A stretch of 64,000 nucleotides of DNA. Source: Paecilomyces variotii. Taxonomy: Eukaryota. Made by a program: the position numbers and the translations under genes. The notes beneath the pieces are model-generated. The model saw only the letters and a list, made by a program, of their open reading frames with translations. It was not told the origin of the DNA and did no database searches. Below are positions 25,062 to 37,007 of the stretch, piece by piece. The stretch lies in the NCBI GenBank assembly GCA_004022145.1, contig RCNU01000013.1. One strand, 5' to 3'. The first letter of the stretch is position 1. The number at the start of each line of letters is the position of its first letter.

Positions 25062-26859
25062 TCATCTAATGACAGCATCTTGAAAGGGCCAAAGTTTCTC
25101 CCATAGCGCCTTTTCCTGCTCATTTGCTGATTCTCGAAGCAAAAAGTTTTGCTTTGATACACTGAGTCGTTTGGCCACTTCATCATACTCGTGAGGAGAC
25201 ACGGCCCCATTCCAGCCGGGATAGACCCCTATCTCATCGATCACTCGTGCCTTTCTCTCGACATCCTTCTGCCACTTAGAGTATTCCACTTGCTGGTGTG
25301 AAATCTCTTCTTTTGAGTAATGCAAAGGACACGGCACCTTTGGATGGCCGGTTTCATTCGCCCCAACAACTTGTTTCCAGGTGCTTTCCTCACTTATATC
25401 CGCAAGTAGGCTTTGCACATATGGTTCTCCGTCATCATAGATAGATCCGATCATTCCTAAGATTTGGCCTGGTAGAGAATCTTTGTAGCGAAATGCCTGT
25501 AAGAGCTCAGGTATAGCTCTCTGTACCTCAATCTCATAGGAAAGCCAAAATGACTGCGCAGCAAATAAATCCTTGGCGCGCTTTCTGGCCTGAGGGTCAA
25601 ATGAATCGAAATTATCAGGAAGCGTCGGTTGGACAAAGCCATCCAGCTTTGGCCCATCATATTCTATCAAGGAGGGATGCTGACAGGCTAGGAACATCGG
25701 ATAGATAGGCACGCCTTGCCAATCGATAATGCTTGTGATTTGAGACGGATTGTCGGCGTCGACAAAGATATTGTCTGTATGAAGATCATTATGCCAAATG
25801 ACACCACCAGCGACACCCTTGCTATGAGGGATGATATGGCGGTGGATTTTGAGAAAATCTTGCAAAACAGACAACTTCGCTTTGTGGGATGGGTGATAAC
25901 AGCCGGGCCCGCCAAATATCCCTTGCTGGCAGTCCTGGGGGAAGGTTCTGAATTTCTCTAGACATGCTGTTTCTCGTTGGACAAGTGCTTCCATCACGCA
26001 TTCCGCCGAATTCCCTAAAGGCAAAGGGTTAGAAGTATAATACCCCTGCTTAGGTGAGAAACATACAAGGACCCCGAGGAACATCCACGTCGCCTCTTCT
26101 ATCATCGAACCATGCCCGCCCAACTGTAGGACCCACAGCAAAATCGTCGTCAATGACCTGGCTCTCGAAGCTGATATCCTGCCTGCGGTATAGGGCGCCA
26201 TAGCACGGAAACTGGAATCGAGCGAGATTACACGTAATAGAAGCCACTTGTTTCACAATGGCCAATTTTTCACGGGCCTTGAGGTCATCCCAAATGCGAC
26301 CCAGTTCAATGCCCGGAGCTTTCTCCATCACAATATATTCCGCTCCAAGCTTACTTTCTCCGCCCCGGGAGCAATAAGCAAGAACCTTGGGTACAGGAAT
26401 ATTCAATTTTTCTCGGGCCTTAAAAGTAATTAGCGTAATTTGCTAAATATTCTTCGACGGGAGAATCTCTCACGAATTGCATGGTTGCTACTTCAGATGC
26501 CGTAGTGTAGTGAGCTGGTCCCGCATTGGGGTTGGGTATTTTGACGACCAGCTGCCTCCCATCTTCCATTGTCGTAAGAAAAGCTTTATTGAAGTTCCCC
26601 TCCGGTAACCTTGATAAATCGAGACAGACCGCATCATGACCAGCAGCTTCTTCAGCGATATGGATGAGGGCGTTTGGGTCTAATTGTACGTATCTTCGTC
26701 GTAATTGCTCTGGCTCGTTCCATAGCCATCTCTGCGCTGAATACCGAAATAAAGGCTCTGGGTCGGAGCCTGCTATTGGTTAACCAAAGAAAATGGCACG
26801 AAATAAGGAGATTTGCCAACAAGCAAAGTTTCAGGTGCTCCGCCTCTGTTAGGCGACAT
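25062..26859 (-). CDS. APH/choline-kinase-like phosphotransferase (AIM9-like fungal family)
   Basis: LFRYSAQRWLWNE, EGNFNKAF, VVKIPNPNAG, TASEVATM, VPKVLAY, YIVMEKAPG, WHNDLHTDNIFV, IIDWQ, terminal WPF. Three introns; the exact start is uncertain. Confidence 0.85.
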
Positions 26860-27489
26860 GGCGAGTTTTCGAGTGGTAATGTGGTGAGCCGGTAGTTTCA
26901 TGGATTCGAGTATGGTCCGAGGGCCTCTTGCAGCTTGAAGGAGCATTGTGTGACGCTATGGGTTATGGGAATACAGAGAATGGAGTTGGATTCTCCAAGT
27001 GGATTGACAGCTCTGGTAGAAACGCCAAGGTCACGGGGCCGAGCCAGGTAAGCGCCCAAGTTGAGACTGCGCTTTGCCTACCTGATATGGCTTTCGATTC
27101 AAAGATCGTAGGGATTTCTCCTTAGCCTCTCTTCCACATCTGAAAGCCTGGTCTAGAAAATTATTGATCATTTCAGAGGAAGGTTGGCGACGGGGCAGAT
27201 GGGATGTGAGATGTTACTGCTTCGATCGATATAGTTACTGATGGTTTGCTAACGCCCTACTTAGGTTCAGGTGGGCATTCTGTCAATTGGACAAGTTATA
27301 TTTACTATTAAATTATTTGACTAATAGGCTTAAGTTAAAGTATAACTTACTCTCTTGAATTTAGTCTTTTCTTTTCTTTTATTTGATTCCTCGTCTATAT
27401 AAAATCAATACGGATAGATAATGTCATTATGAGGATGATAGCGAAAAGGAGAACAAAAGTACGTTTGTTTGTTTCTTTCGAATTCCTGC

Positions 27490-30465
27490 TTATGTTCCCT
27501 TCCAGAGGAGGTTGACTTGTTTGGCGCGGGCCTAGGGGGTTTGTTAGTTTATCTGATCTTGTTTGATGATGATACTGCTGCTTTTTGGGCGCGCTGGATA
27601 AGTTAAGATGTACTTACAATTGGTGCCAAAATGATCACGCCGGCTGCCAAGGCAACCACCGTCGCGACGAGCTGCAGCTTGGAAAAGCCCTTGCCGAGGA
27701 TATCGAATGCCTGACTGGGAGACACACGGGTACCAAAGACGTCGCCGCCAAACGCGAAGATCAGACTCGTACTCTCCAGTAGAGTCGGGATGGAGAGCAT
27801 GGTGTGGATGCCGGAGACATCGCGAGCGTGGGTGACGTACCACCGGCCATCGAATTCGAGGAAGGGGTTGTACTTGAAGAGGCCCTCTTCAGATTCAGCT
27901 GCGGTTGGGTCGCGGCCGACAGGGCGACGCGGGTCGAGGATAGGTCGAGGAATGCCGACGATGGCGTTGGAGGCGGGCAGAGTGCAGAGAAGCAAGCGGT
28001 TCGTGATGCCCTGACGAGTTTGGGTGACGGCCATATGGGAGATGGGCTCCGGGATGACAAACGCCTGAGAGATGACGTGTGGCCGAGGAGGAGCGTCCAG
28101 ATCGTGGATGCTCGAGTAGTTTGACGACGAGCCAAGAGGGCCTCGGTCGTTGGGAATAGGAGACTCGTAGAGTTCGGAGACCACGAGCTGGTAGCCCTTG
28201 GCCTCTTCGCCATCCGAGGTGTCTGCCCAGAAAGAGAAGGCAAACCAGTTCTCGGAAATCACAGATGCAATAGGCTGCGTCGTGTCGACCCCGGTCTGCG
28301 TGGCCGCGTGGAGGACCTTGCCCGAGACACCGTCAAGAAGATAGAAAGATGCAGAGGTATCGCCCACTGCCGTCACCAGAGCAAGGTTGGGGTTCAAGTA
28401 TTTGTACAAGACAGAACGGTTGCCAAGGACTTTTCCAATAGACGCCACCGGATCATGCGCAGGTCGTGCAGTCGCATGAAGGATTCTCTGTCCCCTAGGA
28501 GGCACAAATTCCCAGACAGGGGTCTCCTGGTTCTCTGAGCTCCAGCCCAGAACTCGTCCGTCGTTGCTCAAGGTCACGATGAAGCCTGATTCAGTGGGGA
28601 ATCCGACTGGAGCGCCGTCTTCCTTGATACCAACCGGCACAGGGTTCAGGCCCATGTTCAGTACCGCGACAGATTTCAGCTTTTCAGTGGCAGGGGTGCG
28701 AGAGATAATCTCCCCGGAGGTTGCATTCACCGTCACAGAACTGCCATCGTCTGCATACGCAGTGGCAGAGCCGGGTTGAGTAGCGATGGCCTTGACATTC
28801 CACTTCTCAGTCTCAGCAGCTTTAACGCTCCATGCGACAGCACCTTGCTTTCCAGTGTCGATAGCAAACAGACGACCATTCTCCGTTGCAACGATAACCA
28901 GCTTCGACAGGCCAAAGCTATCGAGATTAGTGACTTCGTCTGTCACCAAGCTGGAAAGGATGCGCTTTGGTAGTTCTTGGAGCCACTCAGGCAGATGCTC
29001 GAGATCCCTGACATGACGCTTAACACGGTGGATATACGCCTCCAACAAGCTCTGATGACCTTCCTCTTCAAGCTCACGCACAAGGCCCTCTTGGTCGTTC
29101 TTGTCCACCCAGCCGGCTGCCAACGCACCGGCCAAGGCTTCATATCTTGTCCACTCACGCTCGCCGTTTCGAGTCAATTCCCAATCGCCAGATTCGAAGA
29201 CACTAGCGAAGCGGACAGCCGCTGAGTTGCCCTTGGTGACAACCTCGGACACAGCATGAAGAACACGCTCACGCTTCGGGTCCTTGCGTATCCATCGCCC
29301 AAGAACAGCATCATCCCTGGAGGAGACGACGTTGATTTCAGTCTCCGTGACGCGGGTGAAATAAACATTGGCATCTATGTTGCTCAGTGCGAAAACGGAC
29401 TTTTCAGCTACCTGTGGCAGCTTGTATGCCTTGGACACCACCGAAGACTTGAGGTTGGTGTGGTAGACCTCCGCCCAAGAGCTCGAATCAGTCTCGTAGT
29501 GAACAAGGAAATGCGGAAGTGAGTTAAGAGCGTGCGGTGCGTGGACCTCGATCTTTCGGATTTCCGTGCCGCTGGTATTCTCAATGTTGACGGAGTTCAC
29601 CTGTTTAGAACCGATGATGTTGATCTTCAGAGTCTTCTGAGACTTGTCGGCCCAGACGATGAGAGGAGAAGCGCTGTTCGCACCGACGAAGAGAACGGAA
29701 TCCGGACCAGCCACATCGTTTTCGGAGCTCAGAATGTACTGGCCCTTTTGCCGGCCCGTCACCGGATCGAGAGAGGTGACCTTGATCTTGTAGCCCTTCA
29801 GAAGAGCGGATTGCAAAGAAATATAGAAGATCTCAGTAGAGGATGAGGAAACCTGGAACGGCACATCACCACTGCAGATCGTTAGCAGAGATCTCAACAC
29901 GCTTAAAGCTCAATTCGAACCTCTCATCCTTGTATTCCCACTTGACTTTTCCAGAAGCACCATCTAGTCTCCGTACAACCCCGCCCTTTTCTTCGAAGAG
30001 TGTAATCGCATCGCGAGCCTGGCGTTTCGCCGCAGCGTCCTCGAATTCAAGTAATTCCAGGTCTTTCGCAATCCCATCTGCAAACTGACTCTCCCACGAG
30101 AGCTTGCCATCTAGAGCGTTCCAAGAATACACATTTGCACCCGCAGCACTCACGACTGTATTCTCTCCGCTGCCAGCGCGCAGGAACCCTTCCGCATCTT
30201 CACCGTTGGGGGACCACCGTGTCAGGTTCTGTCTCCATACGAGCGATCCATCTCGCGGATTCACGGCACCCAAAACTAGTTTCTCAGAGAGAGTATACAG
30301 CAAGGAAGCATTCGAAGCGGAAGCGGGTTTGTGGAAGAATGTCGTCTTTGCGGAGGGAATGCCTAGGAGAGCATGGTGGAAGTCGATGTGGTAGGCTTCA
30401 TCGGCGAACAAGGCCAAGGACGAGGGCACACACCATGCCAGGAGAAGCGCCGCCTGGAGCCGCAT
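27490..30465 (-). CDS. emc1: ER membrane protein complex subunit 1 (DUF1620)
   Basis: Signal peptide then ALFADEAYHIDFH, PQQ-like repeats, VASIGKVLGNRSVLYKYLNPN, VTQTRQGIT, LLESTSL, a C-terminal TM and last exon ARAKQVNLLWKGT* (27531-27490). Confidence 0.92.
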
Positions 30466-30933
30466 GATTACCTGCTCGTCGCGACGAGCATTTGAGAGCG
30501 AGAATCGCTGGGGTGGAGAGGGATCAAAAGATCAGAGTGCGGTGATGCTGGAGCTTCCCCAACTCTCCGCGCGGACATTCGAGACAACAAGCTCCGGCTG
30601 CACTAAGTAAGCTAAAGTGCATTTTGACATCAACGCCAAGATAACTGTGCAATCAATCTTCTTGCTTGCTCGAAAAAACTAGCACAATCGTGAAGAGAAC
30701 AAATAAAACAGTGCTTTTTCCTAGCTGGATCTTGTTCTACAGATGTGCTCGATATGAAGCCAAAACTAATCACATCGGATCTTCCATAGCTGGGTCAAGT
30801 CAATTTCGTTCTGGAATGGTAATAAAATATCTGGATGACAATTTTTGCTGACTATATATATATGGAAAGCTATTTATTATAACATGATCCGTTAAGTTGC
30901 TTCGAAACTCGCATCTCAACCACAGCACACCGT

Positions 30934-32421
30934 TCACAACTGCCCAAAGCAGACTTCATTGGCGCGTTCGATAGCCCTTTTCTCACCCTGGCTCATATCG
31001 TCTGTGATCTCCCAACGTTTCGTCCCCATGCCCATTGCTTGGAGTCCGTCCGGATTCAACGATGACCAGTTGATCGCGCCTTGGAAACCACTTTCTCCAG
31101 GCCCGCCTGCGCCTGGGAAATCCGGCGCTGGCGAGTATGCGAGCGCTGCTTGCCGCTGGCGCACAAGATATTCCACGTTCGTCTCGCAGAGAGGAGCGGC
31201 GGGGATGTACATCACACTAGAATCGCCAGCTCCCCGATGTTCCCGGTCGACAGAGTGTATTCCGTCACAGTGCCAGGCGACGTAATCACCAGGCTGAACA
31301 CGGGGCATAGACACCATGGTGGCCTCCAATTCGAGGTGAGGGTGTGTGGTCGGGTTAAATTCCTGACAGGCACCCGGGACAGAGCCCGGGAAGGTGTTGT
31401 CCATTGCAGGAATCAACGTCTCAAGGTTGAAAAACGGTCGCAGAATCGTGTATGCCGTGCTGTGGGTGATCATAGGACAAACGTGCATAGTCCCCTCTCC
31501 GGGTCCAGTATCTGACATCGAGAGCCAGCCCTGGAAGAATCTCAGCATTGAACAAGCTCCGGCCCCGTTATACAGATCCATTTTTGCTTTCATGCGGTGC
31601 TTAGCATCCCAAGCATCATATTCCTCCCATTTCCCTTCGAGTATCTTGGCGTACACGCTGGAGTACTCTGGATCCTCCCATCGCTCGAGAGACCCGCCGT
31701 CCACGTGTGGACCGAGTGTGAACTTGGCATCCCCTGGATTACGGATTCTGAAACGGTCCGCATATGTCAGCGGGTAAGTGGTTGAAAGTTCAGTATCGGG
31801 GTCACTCGAATGCCATAGACGCTGGAGGAATCTCTGCGTCTCGAGCATATTCGGGTGTGCTCTCGCCTCCGTCTGTGAGGGCGTCCAGTAGAGCTCATAA
31901 ACAGCTGGAGAGTCCGGGGGAAATGCTTTCACTCTGTCACGGTTGGCATCAATGTATTCTTTGGCCCTTTCCTTCAATCCCAACGCCATCGATCTAGGAA
32001 TGACATTGCGAATTACCGCGCATCCTCGACGACGAATCTCTGCAACGACATCGTCAGATATCCTTCCATTCACGACGTCGGAATACGAGATGGAAGGAAC
32101 AATCTAGAGATAGTTAGTATGTTCCTCATGTAGATAAACCCGTAACCATACATCACTGCCTCTCTTCTTAATTTCCTGCACTTCATCCTCTAAACTGCTC
32201 AACAACCTCTTCCAACTATCCTTCAAAGCCTCTTCATTCTTCTGAAAGAGACTCAATTTTAGATTCTGGAACCGTGCCGGCAACGGCTCTGGTTTATAGT
32301 CTGGTCGCAAGCTAGGAAATACCGAGGAGATATCACCCGCCGCCTTCGTCATACGCGCCGAAGCAGTCGCAGTGGACGCGGCTCGAACAGCTGATTTTGA
32401 AAGGAGTCCTGAAATAGGCAT
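30934..32421 (-). CDS. DUF1479 (Gig2/YbiU-like) Fe/2OG-type oxidoreductase
   Basis: RRGCAVIRNVIP, YELYWT, YADRFRIR, GPHVDGGSLERWED, FQGWLSMS, WHCDGIHSVD. Mitochondrial-type N-terminus, one intron (about 32104-32152). Confidence 0.88.
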
Positions 32422-32719
32422 CTTCGAAATTCTATGAAGACCTACAATATCAATCATTTCGTCGGTCTTGACTGCTCAATATATAACTTGTTCTATGGAC
32501 AGTGCGGAGACCCCAGAGTCGGGAATCCAAATCTGGTAAGCGGCCCGATTTCCTATTCTGGTACTGCAGCCGCTCGGGGTCCATTTCCCCGAGGGGCATC
32601 ATCGATACACGAAGTAGAACGAGGGTTATTAGAGTGTAGAGAGTCAAGTAAGATATACCAATAATAAATATTACAATGATTTTTAACTAACACAGACTTC
32701 TCTCAATTGACACAACTCA

Positions 32720-34006
32720 CTAGGGCCGTGAATTGACCCTAAGTAACTGTTTCTTGTCAGGACCTTGTGTGACCTGCCACATTCTACCTAACATCGCTGA
32801 AAACTTGGGATTTCTCCACGCACTCCAATTATGCGTCAATAAACCATAGCTTTCATCATAATCAATAACTGATGATCGAATGTAATAGCTTCCTTGAATA
32901 GCCCACACTGCCCAGTCTGCATCGTTCGACTCCATGTAATGCACTAAGCAGCTCAAATACTTATACTCCCGATCTGATAATCCTTGCTTCGGTCCGCCTG
33001 TCATTCCCACGCCAAACTCTGAGAGAAATAAAGGTCCGGTGTACGGCTCGTCCCGTCTCAGCACAAATCCGCTGAGTGTGCCATACTGGGCCTTTGCTAC
33101 CCAGCAGGACTGAGTTGGATTGGGATTGGTGACGGTAAATGAGTATGCGTGAAACTCCCACACGTGTTTACCCGCCCAGGCAGTTGTATTTAGCGGGTTC
33201 CAAGAAACGAATGAAAGATCAGTGGCTGATTGAGAACCGCCGATAATGATCAGTACATCTGGATTAGCAGTGTGGACTGTAATTGCCGCTTGCGTGACTA
33301 GATTATACCAGTCCTTGTGGCCGTTCAAATCCTGTAGCAGGGGGAATGGCCGAAGCTCGTTGCGCAATGACATTCCCACAACTCCTGGGTGTTCTGTAGC
33401 AAAACGCGCAATAAACTCAAGTCCCTTCAGCCAGTCACCGGTATGAAAGTAGCGGCTATTCCAGCTGTTCGTACCTGCAGCTGTATCCCACCAGCCATTG
33501 CCGTCAAGAAGGTCACAGCACCAGCTGGCCTTAGAGACATGATTATCGAGAATTGTATATATACCTTTACTGGCAAGGGTGTCGATGACTGCAGCAAAGA
33601 CGCCCAGGGTCGTTGAGGATGCAAGGAAGGGGTTTTTGGTGAGGGTCTGCTGATACAATGCTGTCATGTTGGAGACAGGGACATCCGCAGACACAGCCGC
33701 GAGAGTGAAGGCGTCAGAAACACTAGTATTAGGGGCCAGAGCCATGTCGATAGAATAAGTGAGTCGCACACAATTAAACCCATAGTTGGCAATCAATGTG
33801 GAGATGGTATCCACGGACTGGTACTGGAGGCCCTCGGGGATATTCACCTCCATGTGCCCTGCCCAGTTGACGCAACGCAACTTGACGCGGTGGTTATCCG
33901 AATCCAGAATCCATCGTGAAGAGGTATGCAACTGTCCTATGACTGGTTGATTTAACTGCACCAGCAAGCAAAGAAAATATGTCGCAGAGACCAGCAGCGT
34001 TAACAT
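32720..34006 (-). CDS. Secreted glycoside hydrolase family 5 (resembles the beta-1,6-galactanase-like subfamily)
   Basis: Signal peptide, RVKLRCVNW, FNCVRLTY, LDNHVSKASWCC, acid/base LRNELR, nucleophile LSEFG, WAVWA. Intronless. Confidence 0.88.
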   Translation of the reverse strand: MLTLLVSATYFLCLLVQLNQPVIGQLHTSSRWILDSDNHRVKLRCVNWAGHMEVNIPEGLQYQSVDTISTLIANYGFNCVRLTYSIDMALAPNTSVSDAFTLAAVSADVPVSNMTALYQQTLTKNPFLASSTTLGVFAAVIDTLASKGIYTILDNHVSKASWCCDLLDGNGWWDTAAGTNSWNSRYFHTGDWLKGLEFIARFATEHPGVVGMSLRNELRPFPLLQDLNGHKDWYNLVTQAAITVHTANPDVLIIIGGSQSATDLSFVSWNPLNTTAWAGKHVWEFHAYSFTVTNPNPTQSCWVAKAQYGTLSGFVLRRDEPYTGPLFLSEFGVGMTGGPKQGLSDREYKYLSCLVHYMESNDADWAVWAIQGSYYIRSSVIDYDESYGLLTHNWSAWRNPKFSAMLGRMWQVTQGPDKKQLLRVNSRP

Positions 34007-35360
34007 TGTTGTTAACTTTAGGGATAATGGGTCCCAAGAAGAGTGTGGAAATACATTGATTTTTCCCCAAAGGGGGGCAAACGTTTATTTGGAATGTAGT
34101 AAACCTAGTAGAGTCGAACTTCTTTGTATCCGGTGAGTTCCGCGAACTTCATGTGACTGCACGTGGGAGCTTGAGATAGCCAATCGTATGATATAGCAGT
34201 TCTCGAACTAATTACGGATTCTTTCTGGCTGTAACCTAATCAACAGTGATGCTGTTCAGATAAACGGATTGTTAGGATGTAGATAGTGATATCATTAAAA
34301 AGAAGACTTAGTATGATATTCGATATATTTAAAGAATATTTGGGCAACTTTCTAGATAGAAAGTTTTATACATCTATAGACCTTTCTTATACCTTTCAAA
34401 TTGAGACTGGAGACAAAATAGTACTTGCAGGTACTCTATATGCCTGATAGGGAAGTCCGGCTTTCAGTAATACTCCGTGAGAATACAGAGAAGTCGGTCA
34501 AGGCAGTTTGGCCACAGGAAGTACTGTGACTCTCCAGGGCGACGGGGGCCATAGAACGCCGTACAGTTGCTGAACGGTTTTGACGCTGGAGATGGTGCAA
34601 TTTACCAGTATGAGGCACATTATCCTCTTCGAGAGCCGAACGAGAGATGCCCTCCTGGGTCTATGATGCCTGTGGATGGGGCGCAGGATCACGATAAGTC
34701 ACTATATCCTTGTATAGATGAGTACATTGGAGGAGATACAGGTTACAGTCAGGTACTGCATATTTGGCTTGGACGAAACCAGGAGCATGCAGTGTTGATC
34801 CTTGGATGCTGCTATAAAATTCTGCTTCAACATTTCATTTCACTGATAGTCGGAGTTCTGCCCGAAGCGACTCCGCTGTTACTCCGTGCTGTGCATAGAT
34901 ACCAGACTGTCTTCGGAGCCGGATTGAGCTCTTATGCTCACTGGGTACTTCCTGTACGCCCGCTGTCTGGACGAACGATTAGTGTATGTACAAGTACATG
35001 CAGTCCGAAAGACGGGGATGCTGCAAACAACTCTGAAATGGAGCAGTTTAGAAGATGATTCGGTTAATACAATCTCCATAGCTGCAGTTTCGGTCGCCTG
35101 ACTCCATCGTTGGTTTAGACTCGGTTCGGGGATCTTCCCCGTTGCAGGGAACTAAGTATGAGCCCCGCGGACAACATCTTCTCCACGAACGATCCAGAGC
35201 ATCGTGGCAGAAGCCACCGGAACATCGCCGACCGAGAAGAAATGGAGAACAAATTGGGTATGTAAGAGGCCAAGGGAAGCCTCGTGCTGGACACAGGCTG
35301 GCTGCCTTTCCAATCTCAAGACACACCTGGAGGATTATCTACTTGTACGGCGTCGTCACA

Positions 35361-36452
35361 ATGGCTTTTTCTGTAAAAGGAAAATCCGCAATAGTCACAG
35401 GAGCTGGCTCAGGTACATATCCATAATAGACTGGGGTATTTATTCTTTGCTGACCCGGACAGGAATCAACTTCAGCTTTGCCAAGTTGCTGCTTGTGAAT
35501 GGTTGCAATGTCCTTATTGCGGATCTGGCCTTGCGCCCTGAAGCACAAGCAATTGTCGACAAGTACTCTGCTAAAACTGACTCATCCCCGAGAGCCATGT
35601 TCCAAAAGACAGATGTAACAGACTGGCCGCAGCTGGAGGAAATGTTTAATGTTGCCGTGAAGGAGTTTGGGGAGATTGATATTGTGTGTCCGGGTGCAGG
35701 TGTCTATGAACCGGTGTGTACCTCTCATTGTTCGTGGATACCTTTCACCATCAGAAATACTGATAGAAGCTCTCTTCGACCGACAGCACTGGAGCAATTT
35801 CTGGCGACCTCCTGGAAGCCCCGAAAGTCGAGACTCAGCGTCAGGTTCCAGATACGCCCTGCTCGATATCAATTTAACCCATCCCATCCGGACCACACAG
35901 CTTGCCATCTCTCATTTTCTCCAACACAGGACAAATGACAAGCCGAAACATATCATCCATATCTCCAGCGTTGCAGGACAAAACCCTTCCTTAGCTGCTC
36001 CTATTTATGTTGCTACGAAACATGCAATTAGCGGTCTGGTTCGATCATTGGCAAAGCTCGATCGACGCTTTGGAATCCGTGTTACGGCTGTCGCACCCGG
36101 TGTCATCAAGACTCCTCTGTGGACCGAGCATCCCGAGAAGCTGAAGATGGTGGATGAGAACGTTGATGAATGGGTCACGCCGGACGAGGTGGCAGAGGTC
36201 ATGCTTGCTCTCATACAGCAAGATAAGGTCAGCGAGATTATTGGTGACAAGGAGGGTAAAGGCAAAACGTATCCCGTGGGAGGAGGCACTATAATTGAGG
36301 TGGGGAAGAAGGCTAGAGCTGTTCATGCATTCAATGACCCGGGCCCAGTAGGCCTTGCGGGAAACACGGTGTCTCATATGAAAGTCGTCGAGGAAGAGGC
36401 CTTTGGGTTGTTATCACAGAAGGGCTGGGGAACTACACCGTCTAAACTGTAA
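35361..36452 (+). CDS. Short-chain dehydrogenase (15-hydroxyprostaglandin DH-like) with PTS1
   Basis: AIVTGAGSGIN, DVTDW, SSVAG, YVATK catalytic motif, APGVIKT. C-terminus SKL. Introns 35413-35462 and 35714-35786. Confidence 0.92.
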
Positions 36453-37007
36453 GACCTGTTAATAACGAGACTCGAAGCATTCGTCATAGACGATAGCAAA
36501 GAATGCAGTATACAAGATGATAGAGACATTGTCACATATTTAACTTAATATAAACATCATCCACGAGTCGCGCAAGATTATTAGCACATATGTATTATAC
36601 TCATTTTGCAGTTGGCGATATATCAAGTTTGTAGAAATGCTTCTAGACGAAAGATATCGGTGTTGCTAATGAACAATAATTCTGCAAAGTGTTTCATCCT
36701 GTGCTGTTATCTCATGTCATAGTATCGTACGTAGCGTGGAGAGATTAATTGACAGTGTTGGTGGTCCGTGGCGACCGGAAGTACCTCCGCTCGGTCGTTG
36801 GCACATTGCGCCCGATTGTCGTCTCCGAACCAGACAACTTTCTCATCATCTCAGCGCTGTTGTTGATCTCCCCATCAACGCCCCATCCTCGCTGAAAGCA
36901 TCGTCGACCGCTGGCTCGAGTCGCATTATGCCACTGTTGACGATTTCATCTGCAGCACTTCCATAACCACCTTTCCGCCGGGCGCACGTGTCACCGACAA
37001 ATCCGTC

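Noticed and set aside
27544-27617. Alternative acceptor (TTAAC..CAG at 27594) giving an alternative EMC1 C-terminus
   Set aside because: The implied intron is only 24 nt, too short for the spliceosome.
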